This document shows positions 1-11,814 of a DNA stretch of 64,000 bases, piece by piece. How positions within the stretch are numbered: position 1 is the first letter of the stretch; each line of letters begins with the position of its first letter. The position numbers were made by a program, and so were the translations under genes. The stretch lies in contig NIVC01000038.1 in assembly GCA_002269645.1 (NCBI GenBank), positions 868,001 to 932,000 on the forward strand. The letters are read 5' to 3'. The notes beneath the pieces were generated by a model. It made no database searches. It saw nothing but the letters and a program-made list of their open reading frames with translations, and was not told the origin of the DNA. This DNA comes from Macrostomum lignano. Taxonomy: Eukaryota.

Positions 1-2523
1 GTCAGTACCCTTGCGATGGGAGATGGTGAACTGAAATTCGCAGATCCTCTGGACCCATCGACCTAGAATCCCTGTAGATTCAGTCTGACGTAACAGCCAG
101 AGCAAGGCCTTATGGTCACTTCTTACTTCAAACTTCTTTCCTATTAAGTATTCTCGAAAGTGTCGCATGGCATCGACGATAGCCAGTAGCTCCCGCTTGG
201 TGACCGTGTAGCGAACTTCCGGGTCACGGAGCTTGCGACTGAAAAAGGCGATCGGTCGTTCTATTCTATCGGATTGCAGTTGTCCTAGACATGCACCGAT
301 TCGGGTGTCGGATGCGTCGGTATCCAGGATGAACTTGACCTTCGGATCCTCATTGAACTCTGGGAGGGCGAGTACTTCGGTTGAGCATAGCTTGCTCTTC
401 AGAGTCTCAAAGGCAGTCTGATGCTGCTGCGTCCAATGACGCTGGAATCCTTGCAGGTCCTTGCGTGTCAATGCGTGTAACGGGGCCGCAATGCCCGAGT
501 AATCCTCGACAAACTTCTTGTAGTAATTGGCGAGACCAAGAAAGCTTCGTAGTTGACGAACAGTCCGAGGCGTTGGCCAACTGCGTATCTGCTCAATCTT
601 GTCTTCGCTTGTCCGTAGGCCTTCCGGCGTAATCACGTGGCCTAGATAGTGGAGCTCCTTCTTGAATAAATGGCATTTCTTCGGCTTTAGCTTCAAGTTG
701 GCGGCTATGATTCGGTTTAGGACTTGTCGTAGACGGTCTAAGTGATCTTCGAACGTCACTGCGTGTACAACGATATCGTCCATGTAACCAAGAGCGGCCT
801 GCGGTGCTAGTCCTTCTAGCAGTTGGTTGATACAACGCTGGAACGATCCGGGGCTGTCGGTGAGTCCCATTGGTAGCACCTTGAAGCAGAATTGTCCACG
901 ATCGAGCACAGAGAAGGCGGTGATGTCCTGGTCTTCCTCTCGGAGAGGGATCTGGTAGAAGCCTTGTACCAGGTCGAGGCTTGAGTACCACTGCGCTCCT
1001 TTGAGTTTGGCAAAAGTTTCCTGAATGTGCGGGATCGGGTACGGATGCTTCAGCGTCACATCGTTGATCGCTCTGAAGTCGTGCACAATGCGAATCGTCT
1101 TGTCCTTCTTTGGCACTAGGATCATCGGCGAATTGTAACTGGAGTACGTTGGCCGAATGATGCCTTTCTTCAGCATATCGTCGAGCATCTGATCCAGTTG
1201 CGGTCGTAGATGCGGAGGTATCCGGCGAGGAGGAATCGCGATTGGCGTCGAGTCTGTGAGCACAATCTCATGAGTTACCAGGTGTATCAATCCGTGGTCC
1301 AGCGGAGTTAGGGAAAATGCCTTCTCGCATTCCTTGAGTACTTCCTGAACCTGGTGCTTCTGGTGGCTGTTCAGCTGGTCTCCGACGTCGACCTCGTTGA
1401 CCCAACTGTCAGTCGTTTCTTCAGTCGTTATCAGTTGACGGACTTCTGGCTCATTCGACTCGCTGAAGTACTCGAGGTCCTGGGTCTTGAGTGGCGTGGC
1501 TACTCCCATTAGCATGTTGCGACGCAAGTGACCCTCCGTGTCTGATGGGTTGAGTACTTCCATCACTCCTCGACCTTCTATCATCGTGTGCAGGACCGGG
1601 GCTGCGTCTAACTGGTGATGCTTCGCTCGCAGTCCTGATTTGAGCGGTTCGATTATCATCGGTGAACCGTAGTTCTGCTGATGACCTTCGGCTAGTTTAA
1701 TGGCGACGAGGCAGGAACATTGAGGCGGCAGAGTGCATTTTTCAGCGACGTACACTCGGCAGGCCTTCAGTTCTCTCCTTGAATAGCGTACCGGAAGTCG
1801 AGTGCCTTGTCGGAATGTGAGCATTCCTTGCTGGAAGTCCAGTCCTTGGCAGTGACTCCGCATGAAATCGATTCCTAAAAGATTTTCACAGTCTCCTTCG
1901 GCGACGAAGAATTCGGTTTCCGCGACATAGTCCCCGAATTCAATTGATAGGATAACCTTAGCGGCGAGACTTAACTCGGTCCCGTCGTACATAGCGACTC
2001 GGTTAGGATAAGCAGGTGCGACTATACAACGTGGTGAACGACGCCTAATGGCGGCCCAAGTGGACGCTCCGAGGAAGTTTCTTCTGCTTCCGCTGTCTAG
2101 CAGAAAGGCGACCTCTCGTCGAGCCACTCGTCCTGTAATAAATGGATCGGCGTCACGCGCATGGACTGTATTTACAAAGGAGGCGTCCACGAAACCTCCA
2201 TCCAACGTTTCCTCGTTTACTGACGACTCGGACGAGTCAGCTGCCGCGGCTGCGGAGCCATACTCTTCCGGGGCGTGTTCGGTGTCGGCTGCATAGCCTG
2301 GGCTGGAGCTCGGGGGGCGTTGCCGTTTACGTCCTCCGGCCGGCCGTTTCCCGTAAACTGCTGAGATGATTGGCGTCTGTACGGACAATCTCTCGCCTTG
2401 TGTCCTTCTTGCTGACACTCGTAGCACGTGTAGTGCGGCGGTCGGTTCGCTTGACCAATCACTTGATTGGCTGTGACTTGCTGAGCCAACGTGTTGAGTA
2501 GCTGCTGCTGTTGCTGCATCATT
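1..2523 (-). CDS. pol: Gypsy pol (protease, reverse transcriptase, RNase H), partial; -1 frame relative to gag
   Basis: One frame contains AFLLDSGS (Asp codon at 2097-2095), GIIRPTYSSYNSPMILVPKKDKTIRIVHDFRAIN, LDLVQGFYQIPL, YMDD (786-775), FILDTDASD (about 305-335) and RSDHKALLWL. First upstream in-frame stop is at 2524-2526. Absent from the ORF track, consistent with an open frame to the window edge. Confidence 0.93.
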
Positions 2524-3395
2524 TCAGCTTGTTTCTCAACGACTTTCTCCAACTTCGAAAGGGCGCTGTTGTTGGGCTCCTTCGAGGCTTGTCCCTCCTC
2601 GTCCAACATTCTGACCGGGGGCTCCTTCGAACGATGAGCCAGGTCTTTGGCTAATTCCATCCTCTTCAGTGCTCGCAAGGCTTCGCTGAGTGTCGTGGGT
2701 CGGATCCAGAAAAGTTTCTCGCGGCAGTCTGAGGACGTGCGAATCCCTCGCAGGAACTGGTCGATCAGCTCTTGCTCTAGATGGCGAGGCTCGAGCCAAG
2801 GGAAGGCTTGCTCTCCTAGCTCTTGCAGAGCATCGGCGTAATCTTCCGTTGATTCGTTCTTGCGCTGGCTGCGGCCTCTGAATTCCTCTCGATATTCGTC
2901 TGGTCCTGAGAGTCGTGCGAATCTCTCTATTAGTCGTTGCTGAAGCTGTCGATAGCTGATGCGGTCGGGCAGCCTCATGCGAAGTACCGCGGCGTAGGCC
3001 GAATTTAAGTCTAAATTCGCCAGCAATTGGGCCTTCTTGTCGTCTTCATCCTGTAGATCTTCTGCCTCGCATCGTAGGTCGAAAGCCTTTAACCAAACGC
3101 GGATGTCCTGCGATGGCGTATAGCTCTTCATCTTGACTTGCTTCTTAGGCTGTAGATCGAGCTGACGTTGCATGGCCTGCAGCATCCTGCTGATCATGTC
3201 CGGGTTGGTGTCACGTCCGAGGTTGTTGAGTCCTGCAAATGGATCTTCCTCCTCCTCTCTTGAGTCGTCTCTAAAATTAAATCTTAAACCACATGGTATG
3301 GGCGAACCTGCAGCAGCTGCGGCGGAGTTTCCGTTGTCCTGACGCGTGTGCTGCTGATCACCGATGAGATCTTCTCGATCACTGTCGTGAGACAT
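2217..3395 (-). CDS. gag: Gypsy Gag, 392 aa
   Basis: Capsid-like segment (FRGRSQRKNESTEDYADALQEL...LIDQFLRGI) and zinc knuckle CYECQQEGHKARDC (C-x2-C-x4-H-x4-C). Confidence 0.93.
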   Translation of the reverse strand: MSHDSDREDLIGDQQHTRQDNGNSAAAAAGSPIPCGLRFNFRDDSREEEEDPFAGLNNLGRDTNPDMISRMLQAMQRQLDLQPKKQVKMKSYTPSQDIRVWLKAFDLRCEAEDLQDEDDKKAQLLANLDLNSAYAAVLRMRLPDRISYRQLQQRLIERFARLSGPDEYREEFRGRSQRKNESTEDYADALQELGEQAFPWLEPRHLEQELIDQFLRGIRTSSDCREKLFWIRPTTLSEALRALKRMELAKDLAHRSKEPPVRMLDEEGQASKEPNNSALSKLEKVVEKQAEMMQQQQQLLNTLAQQVTANQVIGQANRPPHYTCYECQQEGHKARDCPYRRQSSQQFTGNGRPEDVNGNAPRAPAQAMQPTPNTPRKSMAPQPRQLTRPSRQ

Positions 3396-3583
3396 CTTGA
3401 TGCTGACTTAGTCGTGGTAGGCGTGACTGATGACGTGTCCGAAAGGGTGATAGTTGAGTGACGTTGACGTCGATTCGGTGACGTTCTCCTGCTTGCTTGT
3501 TGTATCCCGTATCTCGAATCTCGAATCCTTTGTCTCGAATCTCGAATCCTTTGTCTCGAATCTCGAATCCTTTGTCTCGAATC

Positions 3584-3605
3584 TCGAATCCCACCGCTGC
3601 CACCA
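3584..3605 (-). promoter_or_regulatory. Primer-binding site for tRNA-Leu
   Basis: Element strand reads TGGTGGCAGCGGTGGGATTCGA, one base after the LTR 3' CA. It is complementary to the 3' end of eukaryotic tRNA-Leu(AAG-type), ...TCGAATCCCACCGCTGCCA-CCA. Confidence 0.9.
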
Positions 3606-3606
3606 G

Positions 3607-4514
3607 TGAAGTACTTCTCCTTCTCGGGTTCTCGAAGATGTTCCTAGAAAATAGAACCCGCTGCTCCTGAAGAAGCTAGATAGAACCGCAGTACTACCTA
3701 TCGATTTGCCTGAAAATGAACCTAAAGCGTTGCCGTTACTTGGTAGGGTTGCTGCCACCTTGGTGTGCGGACTCGACGCGTCGACAGAGTTGTCTATCCG
3801 TCACCTGAAAGAAAATTAACAAAGTCGCTCGGAGCAAAGGCAAATCTGAAAAATGTCTCGACAGTCGGTCGTCTTAGTAAATGCTGCTCGAACCTGAAAA
3901 CCTGTAAAACCTGAAATGAGAGAGGAGAGCTCGGAGGCAGTGGCAGCTCCAATCTAGGAAGCTCCCGAACGCGGCTCACGATCTGGAGAAAAACGGCTCT
4001 CAGATACTCCGTATTTATAGCCGAGCGGACCCCCAAAAGTCACGTGAGTTTCATGCGGTGAGCGCGTGAAACTTCCTTATTTGGGCATTAAAATCATGCG
4101 AACGACGCGTGATTCAAGGCCAACTTCCAAATAAGGCAACCCTGTCACGCAGCAGTGGCGTGACTCAAGGTCAGTGGCCACGCACAGCGTGCGTGCACAG
4201 TCACGTGCTTATTCTGTGCTAAAAATAGAACATGGGCGGATGAGTCATCCTGTTTACTCCTCTAGGCAGCCATTATACTCCGCGCAGGTGATGAGTCATC
4301 CTGCAACGCCTCCTCAGCGCGAGTGGGAAGACATTGAGTGTGGCTGCCCGCGCCCGCTCAGGCGATGAGTCATCGGGCAGTAAACACTTAGGCCCAGCAC
4401 AGGGTAACTCTCTCACTAGCTCAGGTGGACTGAGATACTGTGCAGCGGATCACAGCACTCTTAAGGGAAGCTAGTGAATGCTGCTGAATAGCCAGTTAGC
4501 AGCCAGTCACTACA
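3607..4514 (-). repeat. 5' LTR, about 908 bp
   Basis: Element strand begins TGTAGTGAC (4514) and ends TACTTCA (3607) next to the PBS; TATAAATA at about 4012-4019. The second LTR is outside the window, so the outer boundary is inferred. Confidence 0.8.
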
Positions 4515-4789
4515 CTATAATGTAAAATTTAATATGGTCTCCTAAAAATATGTATATTTCCTTAGTTGTTAGACTGATATAGACTGCAATTAGGTTGAAG
4601 ATATAGAAATTCTTTTTTGGGCAACATATTGGCTAGAAAAATGATATTATCAAAGCATAAAAACAACAATGAAAGTATTATGTCCCATAAACTGGCTTTC
4701 CAAGTAGGGATAAATAGCCTTTTACCTCAAAGGCCAGATAAAAAGGCTGAGAAGCAGATAAGAATAGAAATAAAAAGGAATAGGCAATT

Positions 4790-6140
4790 AAAAGAGTAGA
4801 AAAAGGTGAGAGAAGGGATAAAAAAGATAGAAGAAAAAAGGATAGACAATCAAGGGATAAGGATTATGAGAGAGAGAGAGAAAGAGAGAAGAAGGTGGAG
4901 AGAAGTAAAAAAAGTGTAAAAAAGAAAGGGAAAGAAAAAAGAGAAAGAAAGAGAGACAAGAGAAGCTAAAGGAAAGAATAGAGTTAAGAAAAAGGAGAGA
5001 ATAGATAAGAGAGATAGGAGAGAATAGATGAAACATGATAGAGTAAAGAGGTGAAAAGCCAGGATAGAGTGATAGAAAAGAGGAGAAGAGTAATAAAAAG
5101 AAGAAAAGAAAAGAAAAGAAAGATAAGAGAGCAAAGATGGGAAAGATAATGAGACAGGATAGAAAAGAGAGGGAGAGCCTCCAATCCCAAAGGTACTAAC
5201 TATTGCAAATACAAAAATATCAAATAATCCCTAACTAATAGAAATACAAACTAATAGCTTGAAGATAAATTGTTTATAATTATAGATAAGCAAAAATATC
5301 CTTTGAATAGAACAGTGTGTTTACTAATATAGATTTTATTTGTTTATTGAAATATATATTTTATATAGTTATTATTTTATAAATTTTATATGCTATGTTA
5401 TTAAAGACATATACACATATAGTGCAAAGGCTATTTTGTACTTTATTTTCTTAGGATAAATTGAGTATTTTACTTTTGTTTTATTATATTCTTGCAACAA
5501 GCTGTTGAAACCTGTGGATTTTCAACCCAGGGTATTCCAATCCCCGGAACTACTTTTGCATGTATTCTGAAATCTAAGGCCATACACAAACAAAAACTTG
5601 TTAATAGTTAGTAGGATAGAGGTATACATAAAATGGAGCACATTTGCATAAAATTAGGATTTGAGGCAAACATTGATATTGTTGGCTGGGCCGCTGGGGT
5701 ACTTCGCAGAATGTCAGGCAATGTCTGTCTGACTCTAAAACATGTATGGGCAAACTCTGGCCTCTACCTGCCTCTCCCTACATCCTTTGGATCCTTTAAA
5801 ATTTCTATTGTCTCTTCTGTTTCCTCTCTTCTCTCTCGTCCCTTGTCTCTCCTCTCTCATCTCTCCCTTCTTCTCTCGTATCTTCCCTCATCTCTCTTCT
5901 CTTTCATGTCTCTTATCTCATCTCGTGTCTCTTCTTTTCTCTCTCCTCTCCTCTCTCCTCTCTACTCTTTCGTTTTCTCTCTCCTCTCTCCCATCTTTTG
6001 TCGTATCTTCCCTCATCTCTCTTCTCTTTCATATCTCTTATCCACTTATCACATCTCTTCCCTCTTCAGCTCTTCTTTTCTCTCTTCTCTTAACTGTCTC
6101 CTCTACTCTCTCATCTCTCCTCTCTATTTGTTCCTCTCTA
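4790..6140. repeat. Purine-rich (about 4790-5180) and pyrimidine-rich (about 5800-6140) low-complexity tracts
   Basis: GA-rich and CT-rich runs that produce spurious L/S/F-rich ORFs. Confidence 0.85.
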
Positions 6141-6603
6141 TAGACATAGACACTATAGACACTTATATATTTTAGACACTAAGTTTATATAGAAAACTAA
6201 CCTTTCTTAAGTCTTATGAAACCAAAATTAGTCAAAAATGGCTGCAACAGTTATTTACCCCTGAGTCTCATTATATTGATAACAAAAAATTACTCATTTG
6301 TACACAAAGCAAGAAAATCGTTTACATAGGTTTAATAATAGTATTATAATGCTGGTTTAGCATTCTTATGTTACCTATGCATAGAACTTTAGGTATGTGT
6401 GCTCTAGACTTCCTGGAGGGGTTGGAAGCACTATTTTCATGTTTAAAAATCCAATTTTATTTGAACACTGTTTTTAAATTTAAAAAGTTAAAGCAAGTTT
6501 TTTAAATTATTCACATTTTTATCTTGGTCAACCTATTTGATCATTTCTAAAAGGCTTTAAAATGTGCTTCAATATCGTTTTTTGTATTCAATTTTCTGAA
6601 AAC

Positions 6604-7671
6604 ATGTCCAGTTTAGAATCAACTTCTGACAAGCCTGATACCAAAAACAGGGAAAGCGATGAGTTATCCAAAATGCTTCCCCTGCCAACAGTGGAGGCAT
6701 CTGGTACCTCCTCAGCTGCTCCAGCAGCCACATCATCATCCCGAGATTTTGCACTATTTGATACAAACTTCGATTTAAACTCGCAGCCAGCCAATTATTT
6801 TCGCCAACGCTCCAGCCTTGAAAAGCTTGTGTTTCAAGCTAGCAGAGAATCCACAGAGAAACTCGATCCGCAGTACAGTATTCGATTGGCATCGAAATTT
6901 CCCAAGCTGGTTGGCAATGTTGACGTCATATCTGCATCTAGGAATGTTAAATCGCTGCTTAAAATGCCTTACTCGCCTGGCAATCACGTATCCTTGATGG
7001 TGCATCGAGTTGGCGATTCCCTTCTGCTTGACGAGTTCGACCTGTTCGCCTTCATGCTTCGTCAGGACTTTGAGAACTGGCACTGGCTGAGGCACTTTGC
7101 CGCCAGCAACAACATGGCTGTAAGACCTACTGGTTACAAGCGAGACGATGTTAGCAATAAAAGGTTGATGACTAAGTTTCTTTATCATACAGCGTCAGTT
7201 TCCGATGAAGCTAGCGGGCAGAGTCGTACATTGCAGCAGCAGCAGCAGCAGCAACAGCAGCAAGTGCCAGCTTCATCAGCTGCATCATCAGCTGACGCCG
7301 GCCTTGAAGATCCATTGAAATGTATGGTGTGGAATTTCGAAAATGTTCGAATGCTATTAGGCACAAATTTGCCAATATTTGGCGGGCCGAAGCATCCCTG
7401 CATCAGTGTCAGACTGAGAGACTCATCTAAGCCAATCAATGTGCTGACCGGCATTGACTACTGGTTGGATAACATGATCAATGGAGTGCCAGAGCTGGCC
7501 ATGTGCTATCACTCCAACGGCTTATTCAAAGGCTTTGACATATTCAGCACAGACAATTTTCCTAGGGTTGCCGGCTTCGATCCGGACTCGGTTCGCGAGA
7601 TTGCCAGGTCGCTGGTTTGGTTTCTTAAAGCCAATGCCACCAAGGAAGGGCATACCTATTGGCTGTTTAAG
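6604..7671 (+). CDS. EDRF1: EDRF1 coding exon 1
   Basis: VDVISASRNVKSLLKMPYS..HVSLMVHRVGDSLLLDEFD and LRDSSKPINVLTGIDYWLDNMINGVPELAMCYH...KEGHTYWLFK match recalled EDRF1 motifs. Donor AAG|GTGAGG at 7672, phase 0. The start could instead be the in-frame ATG at 6562. Confidence 0.9.
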
Positions 7672-8349
7672 GTGAGGCTTTTTCAAGTTAAAGACAAACT
7701 TTCTGGGTCTCCGGACGGGATACAGAACTACACCCGTTAGAGAATTGCTGAAGAGTCATTGCAAACAACTCACTAGCGTGAGGCGACTGCTGAGTCATAA
7801 GTGCATCACTTGAGTTGCAGAATCGTAAAATAGTCGCGAAAGAGTGTCGTCCAAAAGTCGTTGTGTACGCGCTAAACTTTCTACTGACTTAAGTAGACTA
7901 AATAGAGTTATTATAAATGCGTAATGGGATAGTGCGATTCCAATTCATAAAGTGACATCGTTTTATAGTCGTCTAGAGTCACTTCCCTAATTTAGCTGTG
8001 TTACCTGCAATGCCTGTGAGCCGCAAGTGACTGATTTTCTTCTTGGCCTTGGTACCGTTTAATACAGCTTTTGTAATCTGGTTTTGATAAAAAGGTTCTA
8101 CCATTTGCTAGATCTATCTTGTAGGAGAGGTCAGAGTAACGACCACACGACTCTTATAGTTCGATTCCATGTGCATGGGTAGAATTGTCGTCAGTGTTAG
8201 TTGTTGTGGGACGATGTCACCGAAGGCGTTGCGCCAGGATGCCCACAGCCCCTCGCGCCAAAAAGTGCAATATTTATTCGGGATTTTTTTGTCCCAAAAT
8301 TTTCCGAAAACGGTTGTGATTCAATTTCAGAAACCCAACCAGTGGCTAA

Positions 8350-8672
8350 CTTAATCCCATAATCTCCTATCCATAATCCTCTACTTCCCTAATCCATAAT
8401 CCATAATCTCCTGATCTATAATACTCTATCCCCAATTCCCTAATCCATAATACCCTATCCCTAATAACCTAATCTCCTGATCCATAATACCCTATCCCTA
8501 ATAACCTAATCTCCTAATCCATAATACCCTATCCCTAATCACCTAATCTCCTGATCCATTATACCATATCCCTAATCACCTCATCTTCTAATCCATAAGA
8601 TTCTAATCCTTTATCTTATAATCTCCAATCCCTTAATCCATAATCCCCTAATATCCTAATCCCTAATCCCCT
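8350..8672. repeat. Degenerate CCTAAT/CCATAAT low-complexity repeat (EDRF1 intron 1)
   Basis: Visible C/A/T repeat running up to the acceptor. Confidence 0.8.
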
Positions 8673-8680
8673 ATCCACAG

Positions 8681-9498
8681 GCGCCAAACAGCGACATTGT
8701 GAAGCTATACGATCTCACCAGCCTATGCGAGAATCCAGCTCAGTATACCGGTGGCTCCGCCGCTGATACTGGTCGGACCTCCTCACCCGCCGGTGACAGC
8801 AGACCTTCCAGTCAGGACAGCAGTGATCGCGGTGGCTGCCCAACAGGTACAGCCACTGGATCAGGCCAGGATCCTGAGGACAACCCGTTCGCCACGCCGG
8901 TCGGCATGCTGTGCTATCGAGTTGCTCGCAGCTGCTTTGAAGACGCGGACTCGCGCAGTCAGCTGAGTTTGCGGGAGCGTAGTCGACTGCGCCGCCTGTT
9001 GGCCTGCTCACTGCAGCTGCTCAATCAGTCTAGTCAGCATCGCGCTGTGCTGGCCTCTTGTAATCTGCTTCTGTCGGAGTTGCTTCTGTTTGATGGACAA
9101 CAAGAACGTCTGGAGCTTCAGCACCAGCGTCGGCAGCAGCGGCAGAATCAGCAGCCGCAGCAGAAGCAGCAACGTATGCGACGTCAGCCTCATCGGCGAC
9201 CTCATCGACAGGCTCTGCTAGCCGTCACAGACTCCTCAGTTACCATGGACTTGCGTCAGCTGATGCAGAGTCTGCAATCTGATCAGCCTCCGACTCACAA
9301 TGAAGAAACGGAAGCTTCGTCCGCTGTGGAACCGGACAATGATGAAGCTGACGAGGATGATGAAGATGCTGAATCTGGCGGCAGCGGCAGCTCCGACTCA
9401 GTTTACTCGACGCCGTTGGCCAGGGCGCGGGCTTCGCTGAGTCACGCGGTGGCCGCCGCGCGGCTGCTGCTTCTGGCTCCGTCTGGGACGGCCGATGG
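8681..9498 (+). CDS. EDRF1: EDRF1 coding exon 2
   Basis: Acceptor CCACAG| then APNSDIVKLYDLTSLC, continuing the conserved WLFK-x-x-x-SDIVKLYDL motif; donor GG|GTGAGT, phase 2. Confidence 0.88.
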
Positions 9499-9611
9499 GT
9501 GAGTTGACAGTCTGAATGCCAATGTGACAGGCATTGATGCGCTGTGGCAGACAGGCGCTGGAACAAACACTTAGGCAAGGTTATTTTGTAGGCTGTCACG
9601 TAGCCATCAAC

Positions 9612-9871
9612 AGGCAGACAGACAGACAGACAGACAAGCACAGAGACAGACAGACAGACACTAAGACAGACAGACAGACAGGCAGAAAGGCAGACAGACA
9701 GACAGGCAGAAAGGCAGACAGACAGACAGGCAGGCAGACAGACAGACAGGCAGAAAGGCAGACAGACAGACAGGCAGAAAGGCAGACAGACAGACAGGCA
9801 GAAAGGCAGACAGACAGACAGGCAGGCAGACAGACAGACAGACAGACAGACAAGCAGACAGACAGGCAGAG

Positions 9872-9916
<45 letters not shown>

Positions 9917-9975
9917 CTAAGACAGACAGACAGGCAGGCAGACAGACAGACAGACAAGCAGACAGACAGGCAGAG

Positions 9976-10028
<53 letters not shown>

Positions 10029-10118
10029 TACAGGCAGACAGACAGACAGACAGAGAGACAGAGAAAGACAAGCAGACAGACAGACAGACAGAGAGACAGA
10101 CAAACAGACAGACAGACA
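9612..10118. repeat. (ACAG)n microsatellite (intron 2)
   Basis: Direct reading. Confidence 0.97.
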
Positions 10119-10203
10119 TTATGACACGGGTGCAGGGCAGCAGACAAATGAAAGCTCTCAGTTTTCGTTTATAAAATCCAAATTTCACATTCCAACCATG
10201 CAG

Positions 10204-10606
10204 CCAATCCAGCCAGGTCATGTCAGACCTGGACGCCATCCCGATGGCCAAGTCTGGCGTGGCGATTCCTCTGCCTCCGCCGTCCACAACGACAGCCGCG
10301 GTTTCCTCGGCAGTGTCGGTGACTGCCGGCGGTTCACTGGGAGAGTTGGCGACCGCCCTGTGCGTTGTTGCTAAGTCCTGTCTGCAGGTAGCTGATCATC
10401 TTGCTGGCGATGTCTCCGATAGGGACTCCAGCGATAATACAGAAGAGCAGAAGGAATGTGAGGAAGCTTTGAGTGCGATTTTAAACCGGAATCAATTGCT
10501 GCTGACTTGCTTACGAGTGGCTGCGGCTTCTGTGGGTATTGCTTTGGTGCAGCAGCAATCTGTACAGGCTTCGGCGAGACAGGAATTGGCTAGTTTGGAA
10601 TTGCAG
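10204..10606 (+). CDS. EDRF1: EDRF1 coding exon 3
   Basis: Acceptor ATGCAG| at 10203 (10212 is also phase-compatible) restores the frame of ORF 10220-10630; donor CAG|GTAAGT, phase 0. Confidence 0.75.
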
Positions 10607-10629
10607 GTAAGTGACTACAGTTATTCATA

Positions 10630-11140
10630 GCTTCATCACTGATTGGTTGGTGAGGGTTCTGGTAGCTTTATCACTGATTGGTTGGTGAGGGTTCTGGTAG
10701 CTTCATCACTAATTGGTTGGTGAGGGTTCTGGTAGCTTTATCACTGATTGGTTGGTGAGGATTCTGGTAGCTTTATCACTGATTGGTTGGTGAGGGTTCT
10801 GGTAGCTTCATCACTGATTGGTTGGTGAGGGTTCTGGTAGCTTCATCACTGATTGGTTGGTGAGGATTCTGGTAGCTTCATCACTGATTAGTTGGTGAGG
10901 GTTCTGGTAGCTTCATCACTGATTGGTTGGTGAGGATTCTGGTAGCTTCATCACTGATTAGTTGGTGAGGGTTCTGGTAGTTTTATCACTGATTGGTTGG
11001 TGAGGGTTCTGGTAGCTTTTTCACTGATTGGTTGGTGAGGATTCTGGTAGCTTTTTCACTGATTGGTTGGTGAGGGTTCTGGTAGCTTTATCACTGATTG
11101 GTTGGTGAGGGTTCTGGTAGCTTCATCACTGATTGGTTGG
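10630..11140. repeat. 35-bp minisatellite, about 14.5 copies (intron 3)
   Basis: Unit GCTTCATCACTGATTGGTTGGTGAGGGTTCTGGTA. Confidence 0.95.
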
Positions 11141-11268
11141 TCGGAGTTTTGTACTTTTGAGATATGGAGATATGGAGGCTTCCTTGCTTTATTGATTTCA
11201 TCCAGACTTAACGGAGAGCTTAACTTAATCGCTCATAACAATCACAAATATAATTTTTAACCAATCAG

Positions 11269-11793
11269 ATCGCGGAACGCTCAGCGGACGCCATGATGCA
11301 GGTATACCGGTCTCAGGACAGCTCCAGCAGCCATAATTCCGAGCCGCATCAGCAGCAGCAGCAGCAGCACTCCACCGCAGCCGTGGCATCGAGCTCTGCA
11401 GCTGGCAGTCTAGCGGAGGTTCTCAACGAAGCTGATAAATTACTAAACGAACGGCTGTTGATGTACCTGACAGATTCTGCATCAAATTCTATAGCGATTC
11501 GTGCGCACTCAACCCTGACCAGCTGGTTGGCTATTCAAGGAGCCGCCAGTGCTGACTGCCTCAGCCAGCTGGTTAGTCTGTACCGCCTGCTCTGCGATCG
11601 GTGCAAGCTGCAGAAACGGCTTCTGCAGCTGAGAGACCGCCTGGCCTCGGCTGTTAACGAGTGGTGCCTGAGAATTCTGGTTGAGGTGAAGCATGGCATG
11701 GCGCAGGCTGAGGCTGACAATGCGACTGGTGATGATGAAGTGTGGAAGAAGATGGAGAAACGATTAGAATCTGCGTTGGACGCTGTGAAACAG
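11269..11793 (+). CDS. EDRF1: EDRF1 coding exon 4
   Basis: Acceptor CCAATCAG|, IAERSADAMMQVY..., donor CAG|GTGAGC; phase 0/0. Confidence 0.78.
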
Positions 11794-11814
11794 GTGAGCG
11801 TTGTATCTGTTTGA

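Larger units (their letters stand above)
1..4514 (-). mobile_element. Ty3/gypsy LTR retrotransposon, 5' portion (LTR-PBS-gag-pol), running off the window at position 1
   Basis: TG...CA-bounded LTR, tRNA-Leu PBS, gag with CCHC knuckle, pol in PR-RT-RH order with no integrase before RT. Confidence 0.95.

Noticed and set aside
4788-6175. L/S/F-rich membrane-like ORFs, and the GA and CT tracts as an inverted-repeat pair
   Set aside because: Low-complexity translation; the tracts are complementary in composition only and I could not align them base by base.
9240-10287. SVCL/RQTD-repeat ORFs (also 21929-23543)
   Set aside because: Translations of (ACAG)n/(CTGT)n microsatellites inside EDRF1 introns.
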